Positions 59,818 through 64,000 of a stretch of 64,000 nt of DNA are shown here, in pieces. This DNA is from an uncultured Actinomycetes bacterium. Lineage in GTDB: Bacteria > Actinomycetota > UBA4738 > HRBIN12. Position 1 is the first letter of the stretch. Every line of letters begins with the position of its first letter. A program made the position numbers and the translations under genes. The stretch covers positions 15,674 to 79,673 of the forward strand of contig CAVZKB010000010.1 of assembly GCA_963775755.1 (NCBI GenBank). The letters are read 5' to 3'. The notes under the pieces are model-generated. The model made no database searches, was not told the DNA's origin, and worked only from the letters and a program-made list of their open reading frames with translations.

Positions 59818-62523
59818 TCAGCCGACCGTCCACGTCCGCTTCGCCATGAGCGACTTGTTGCCCGCCGCGTCGACCGCGTAGACCTCGAACGCGTGATCAC
59901 CGCTCGACAGGTTCGCGAGGCGGATGGGCGTCGAGCACGTGGTGAACTGGACCTCGTCGAGAGAGCAGAAGAGCTGCCCCTTCTCGCTCTGTGAGGCGCT
60001 GAACGTCGTTTCGCCCCCGGCCGTCGTCGAACCCTCGGCCGGACCGCCCACCAGCGCCACCACGGGCGCCGTCCGGTCGATCCTCCAGACGTACGTGACG
60101 GCGGCGGAACGATTGTATGCGGCGTCGAGCGACCACACGGTCAGCGTGTGACGCCCTTCCTTCAAACCGTAGAAGTTCGGCGCGCCGAAACACGGCATGT
60201 CGACCCCCCCGTCGAGGCGGCATCCGAAGAATCCGGGATTGTCGCTGGACCACAGGTTGAATGCGGCCACCGTGTCCGACGACAGCTTCCTGGGCTCGTC
60301 GAGGATACCCACGGTGGGGCCGGTGCGATCGACCATCCACGGGTACTCGGTCGTCCCGACGTTCCCGGCGATGTCCGTGGCCCTCACGCTGAGCTTGTGA
60401 GCACCGACGTTGACGTGCGGCAGCGACACGCGACCGTTCGCGCAGCCCAACGCCTTGCCGTCGAGGGTGCACGTCATCGAGCCGTCGATCAGCTCCTCGG
60501 GTTCGAACCGGAACGACGCCGACCGGCTCCGCGTGTTGGTGGCAGGCGAGCCGGAGAAGGCGACCGTGGGCCCGGTCGTGTCCACCCGGAAGAACCACCC
60601 TGCGGCAGGATCGCTGACCTCGTCGGTCGCGCCATCACGCGCTCGAACTTCGAAGCGGTAGCCGCCGTCGACGAGGTCCGAGAACGACGCGCCGGATGAG
60701 GCGCATGGGGCCCAGGGGACGTTCGTGTTCTGTGGCACCAGGCGGCACTGGAACCCTGCGCCCGGCAACGTGCTGGCGTACGTGAACGCCGCGCTCGTCG
60801 ATGAAGTGGACGCCTGCGGGTGCGCGCCGAGCGACACGTTCGGGCCGGTCGATGACACCGTGAACGTCCGTGATGCCGGCGTGGGATCGACGTGTCCGTT
60901 CTCCGCGATGCCCGCCGCTTCGAACCGGTAACGGCCGTCCGCGAGATCGCTGAACGCCGCGAACCCACCCGGGCACGGGTGCCATGGGACGGTCTTGCCG
61001 TTGGCGATCAAGCGGCACCGGTACGTCGCGAAACGCGACGGGGAGAAGAACGAGAACTCGGCGACGCGCGAACTGAATGGGCGGCCGGGGCCGGCCGCGA
61101 TCGTCGTCTGCAGGCGCGGCCGCATCAGCGCGTGGAGCTTGGACGCCATCCGACGCCTGATGCCCGCGCTTGCAGGGTTCCTCGAGAGATCGCGGAGCTC
61201 GTAGGGGTCCTTCTTCAGGTCGATGAGCAGGCGCGAGCCATCGTCGAGCTCGACGTACTTGTAGCGCTGCGTGATCACACCCTCGAACCCCGGCGTCATC
61301 GCCCGCGCGCCGTTGAACTGGTAGCCCGAGCAATCCGGGATGCCGCGGGACACGCCACGGCACTGTTCGATCAGCGCCGCGGTGCGAACGGTTCGCCGCT
61401 TGCGCTCGATGACCGGGAGGAAGGACTGGCCGTCCCCTCCCCACTGCAGGCCGGCGGCGTCGGCGACGGTCGAGGCGATGTCGACGTTCTGGACGAGCGC
61501 GTTGCTCGTGAACGCGCGGCTGGCCGGCAGCGCCGCCGGGTACCGAACGACCATCGGGATGTTGACGGACTCTTCCCACGGGTCGTTCTTGCCGGTCCGG
61601 CGATGCTCGCCGTAGAGGAACCCGTTGTCGGACAGGTAGATGACGATCGTGTCCTGGGCCCGGTCGCCGAGCGATCCGAGCAGCGCGTTCACCGAGTCAT
61701 CGAACGAGCGCGTCGCGTGCGCCATGGCCGTGTAGTGGGCGTCCGAGATCGCGATCTCGTCCTTGGTGAGGGGACGCCGCCTCGAGAACGGCGGCGTCGC
61801 GGCCGTCATGGTGTTCACGTCGAACGACGGCCCTCGTGGCGGCGAGACGGGCATGTCCGCGTAGCGGGGGTCGTCCGCCGGAAGGTGCGGTGTGGTCGGC
61901 GTGTACATCACGAAGAACGGCTGGTCCGCAGGTGTGGACTTGATGAAATCGGAGGCCAAGCCTTGGAGCACGTCCGGCTCGTAACCGGTCTTCCGTTGCC
62001 AGACGCCATCGATATTCACCATGGGGTCGACAAGGGACAGCGAGGAGATCTCGGGTGTTGCCACGCAGGCCCACCGATCGAACTCGGCGCGTGGGTCGCA
62101 CGGCCAGCTATTCATGTACTTGCCGGCGAGCATGGTGGCGTATCCGGCATCGTGCAGCGCCATGGGCAAGGTCGGACGCGTCAACAGGACCTCGTTCTGG
62201 TCGACGCCTGTGTCGTGCTCGTAGAGACCCGAGACGATCTGCGCGCGAGAGGGGCAGCAGAGCGACGTGTTCACGTACGCCCGCTTGAACAGGACGCCCT
62301 GGTCCACCAGCTGGCTGTAGACGCTCGGCATCAGCTGCGGCGAGAACGTGGACCAGGTCTGGTCGTCGCTCACGATCAGCAAGACATTGGGATGTGCGTT
62401 CGGCGTTGCGTCCGTCGAAGCGGAACCGCTTGCGAGCGCGGGAGAATCGGCCGTGGCGAGCGGGAGGAGCGCGCAGATCAGCGCGACGCTCACCAGCCCG
62501 ATACGTGCGTTGCCTCCCCTCAT
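59818..62523 (-). CDS. secreted Cys-type sulfatase (arylsulfatase family) fused to five C-terminal tandem Ig-like/FN3-like domains
   Basis: Signal peptide MRGGNARIGLVSVALICALLPLATA; sulfatase signature LCCPSRAQIVSG (C-x-P-S-R formylglycine motif), LLIVSDDQ metal-binding start; five ~90-aa repeats each with C...C...G-Y/H-F/L-E/V...D.AGN pattern and ...TGPTV linker. Confidence 0.85.
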   Translation of the reverse strand: MRGGNARIGLVSVALICALLPLATADSPALASGSASTDATPNAHPNVLLIVSDDQTWSTFSPQLMPSVYSQLVDQGVLFKRAYVNTSLCCPSRAQIVSGLYEHDTGVDQNEVLLTRPTLPMALHDAGYATMLAGKYMNSWPCDPRAEFDRWACVATPEISSLSLVDPMVNIDGVWQRKTGYEPDVLQGLASDFIKSTPADQPFFVMYTPTTPHLPADDPRYADMPVSPPRGPSFDVNTMTAATPPFSRRRPLTKDEIAISDAHYTAMAHATRSFDDSVNALLGSLGDRAQDTIVIYLSDNGFLYGEHRRTGKNDPWEESVNIPMVVRYPAALPASRAFTSNALVQNVDIASTVADAAGLQWGGDGQSFLPVIERKRRTVRTAALIEQCRGVSRGIPDCSGYQFNGARAMTPGFEGVITQRYKYVELDDGSRLLIDLKKDPYELRDLSRNPASAGIRRRMASKLHALMRPRLQTTIAAGPGRPFSSRVAEFSFFSPSRFATYRCRLIANGKTVPWHPCPGGFAAFSDLADGRYRFEAAGIAENGHVDPTPASRTFTVSSTGPNVSLGAHPQASTSSTSAAFTYASTLPGAGFQCRLVPQNTNVPWAPCASSGASFSDLVDGGYRFEVRARDGATDEVSDPAAGWFFRVDTTGPTVAFSGSPATNTRSRSASFRFEPEELIDGSMTCTLDGKALGCANGRVSLPHVNVGAHKLSVRATDIAGNVGTTEYPWMVDRTGPTVGILDEPRKLSSDTVAAFNLWSSDNPGFFGCRLDGGVDMPCFGAPNFYGLKEGRHTLTVWSLDAAYNRSAAVTYVWRIDRTAPVVALVGGPAEGSTTAGGETTFSASQSEKGQLFCSLDEVQFTTCSTPIRLANLSSGDHAFEVYAVDAAGNKSLMAKRTWTVG

Positions 62524-62834
62524 CCCATAGGGTTCTCGGCCGCAGCGAGCCGAACCTTCAGTCAGAAGCGGCGCGTGGTCCGAACGAGCTGCGTCGGGGG
62601 TGGTTCGCTGGGTAGATCCACGACCGCGCGGGCTCGGGCCTTGACCGTCCGCGCGCCCGTGACCAGCAGGAACCCGGGTGTACACCCCGAGTGAACGACT
62701 GCCTGGGTGCTTGGGGCGTTGCTAGGCGACTCCTCGATCGTCGATCCCGCGACGATATTGGTCCGGTGCTGAGTGCCACGTTCGGAAGAGATCCCATCGG
62801 CGAGGCAGCCGAAAGCTCTTTCAGGACCGAAGCA

Positions 62835-63350
62835 CTAGCTGCGTGGCTGGAGGGGCATGCCGAGCCGTCCCAGTTCCGCGGGGGACAGTTCTTTGACAGC
62901 CACCATGTGCTCGAGCACTCGCTCGCTGATCCGCCGCAACTCCTCGAGCTGCTCAACGTCGAGTTGGTCGAACAGGTGCGTGCGCACCCCTTCCACGTGC
63001 ACCGGGGCGGCAGCCTCGAGCGCGGAGAAGCCCTCGTCGGTAAGGACGGCAAAGGCTCCCCGGCGGTCCGTCTGACAGGCCTCGCGCCGGATCCAGCCGA
63101 GCGACTCCAGCCGGGCGACGGAGTGGGACAGTCGGCTGCGCGAGGACTGGGACAGGTCGGCCAGGTCGCTCATCCGCAGCCGCCGCTCGGGGACCTCCGC
63201 CAGGCGGGCCAGGACCTCGTAGTGGTGGCTGGGAACCTCCGTCTGCTCGTCGAGCTCCTGTTCCAGCTGATCCCACAGCAGCTTGGTAGCCATCACGAAC
63301 GTCCGCCAGGTCCGCTGCTCGTCCTCGCTCAACCACCGGATCACAGCCAT
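62835..63350 (-). CDS. MarR-family transcriptional regulator
   Basis: 171-aa; winged-helix core HYEVLARLAEVPERRLRMSDLADLSQSSRSRLSHSVARLESLGWIRRE. Confidence 0.85.
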   Translation of the reverse strand: MAVIRWLSEDEQRTWRTFVMATKLLWDQLEQELDEQTEVPSHHYEVLARLAEVPERRLRMSDLADLSQSSRSRLSHSVARLESLGWIRREACQTDRRGAFAVLTDEGFSALEAAAPVHVEGVRTHLFDQLDVEQLEELRRISERVLEHMVAVKELSPAELGRLGMPLQPRS

Positions 63351-63422
63351 ACCCCCAGCCTACCGGCAGTTTCGCCGATTGGTTGACATTTCAATCAGAT
63401 CTGGTGATGATGGCCGTCTCAA

Positions 63423-63440
63423 TAGTTGAAGTCTCAACTA
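63423..63440. promoter_or_regulatory. inverted repeat TAGTTGA-agtc-TCAACTA (candidate MarR operator) in marR/DHFR-like divergent intergenic region
   Basis: Perfect 7-bp arms, 4-nt spacer, 21 nt upstream of the + strand ATG and 73 nt upstream of marR start; TTGACA hexamer at 63383-63388. Confidence 0.4.
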
Positions 63441-63460
63441 GTGGAAGGAAGGGAGAGACC

Positions 63461-64000
63461 ATGAGACTGACGACCACCGCGCAGGTCTCCGTCGACGGAG
63501 TGATGCAGGGGCCCGGCGGGCCGGAGGAGGACGAACGCGGTCGTATTCGAGCGCGGCGGATGGGCTCACTTCGACGACGAAGCCGGGGCTGCCATGGACG
63601 AGATCTACCAGCGCGCCGACGCGTTCCTGTTCGGCCGGCGCACCTACGAGATCTTCGCCGGCTCGTGGGGAACGTGGGACGATCCGGGCAACAGCCCGAT
63701 CTGGACGGCGTTGCACACGCGGCCCAAGTACGTGGCATCGACCACACCCTTCGAACCGCAGTGGGCGAACACGACCGTCCTCTCCGGTGACGTCGCGGCG
63801 ACCATCGGCGAGCTGAAAGCCAAGCCGGGGGGTGAGCTGCAGGTGCACGGCAGCGGCGCCCTGTTCCGGTGGTTGCTCGAGAACCACCTCGTCGACGAGA
63901 TGAATCTGTTCACCTTCCCCGTGGTCCTCGGCCAGGGCACGCGGCTGTTCCCCGACACCGGCCCGGACGCAGCGCTTGAACTGGTGGGATCGCGGTCCAC
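63461..64000 (+). CDS. RibD_C/DHFR-like reductase family protein (YwjB-like), runs to window end; frame interrupted near 63539
   Basis: GGAAGGAAGGGAG RBS + ATG 63461: MRLTTTAQVSVDGVMQGPGGPEEDER then +1 frame continues VVFERGGWAHFDDEAGAAMDEIYQRADAFLFGRRTYEIFAGSW...LQVHGSGALFRWLLENHLVDEMNLFTFPVVLGQGTRLFP typical of the family; single GG/G indel at 63539-63540. Confidence 0.65.

Overview
This is a chromosomal segment (~70% GC) from an Actinobacteria-like organism, densely packed with housekeeping operons.

**Content, in order:**
- A minus-strand, translationally coupled purine biosynthesis run (purQ-purS-purC-purB-purE-like-purD-purA), extended by dodecin, a class I aldolase, a small membrane protein and an MBL hydrolase.
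- MFS transporter, LemA/DUF3137 pair, and the actinobacterial heat-shock regulon dnaK-grpE-dnaJ-hspR with a GNAT gene and clpB.
- A fused membrane Fe-S (NarI/HdrD-like) protein, a soluble HisKA_3 kinase with LuxR regulator, dcd, trpD, tRNA-Gly(CCC), a CPA2 antiporter and nth.
- The conserved rpsF-ssb-rpsR-rplI-dnaB cluster, with two Streptomyces-type DnaA boxes upstream of dnaB, then ArsR+MFS and panB.
- A two-component system, followed by a menaquinone cluster (menE/B/A/D, then menF, menG) interleaved with NHEJ genes (ATP-dependent ligase, LigD-type polymerase).
- Cell-envelope genes: two GT-C-like membrane glycosyltransferases, a second LuxR/HisKA_3 system, class A PBP, DUF5318, bicupin and DUF983.
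- A secreted Cys-type sulfatase with five Ig-like repeats, MarR, and a RibD_C/DHFR-like gene.

**Most interesting region (about 33.8-38.4 kb):** a SipW-type (S26B) signal peptidase locus. It has three nucleotide-similar tandem genes for TasA/camelysin-like proteins with SipW-cognate signal peptides, separated by GC-rich hairpins. It also has a small secreted protein and a 320-aa SipW-cognate protein. It sits directly downstream of a two-component system. This is a Bacillus-style matrix-fibre architecture in a high-GC actinobacterial background.

**Frameshifts:** at least 12 single-nucleotide indels, nearly all at short homopolymers, disrupt seven genes. Eight lie inside the sipW locus; the others hit the upstream sensor kinase at a G7 tract, menF and the DHFR-like gene. 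This points to localised gene decay, slipped-strand switching or paralogue-induced assembly/polishing error.

No CRISPR, transposase, integrase or prophage signature was seen.
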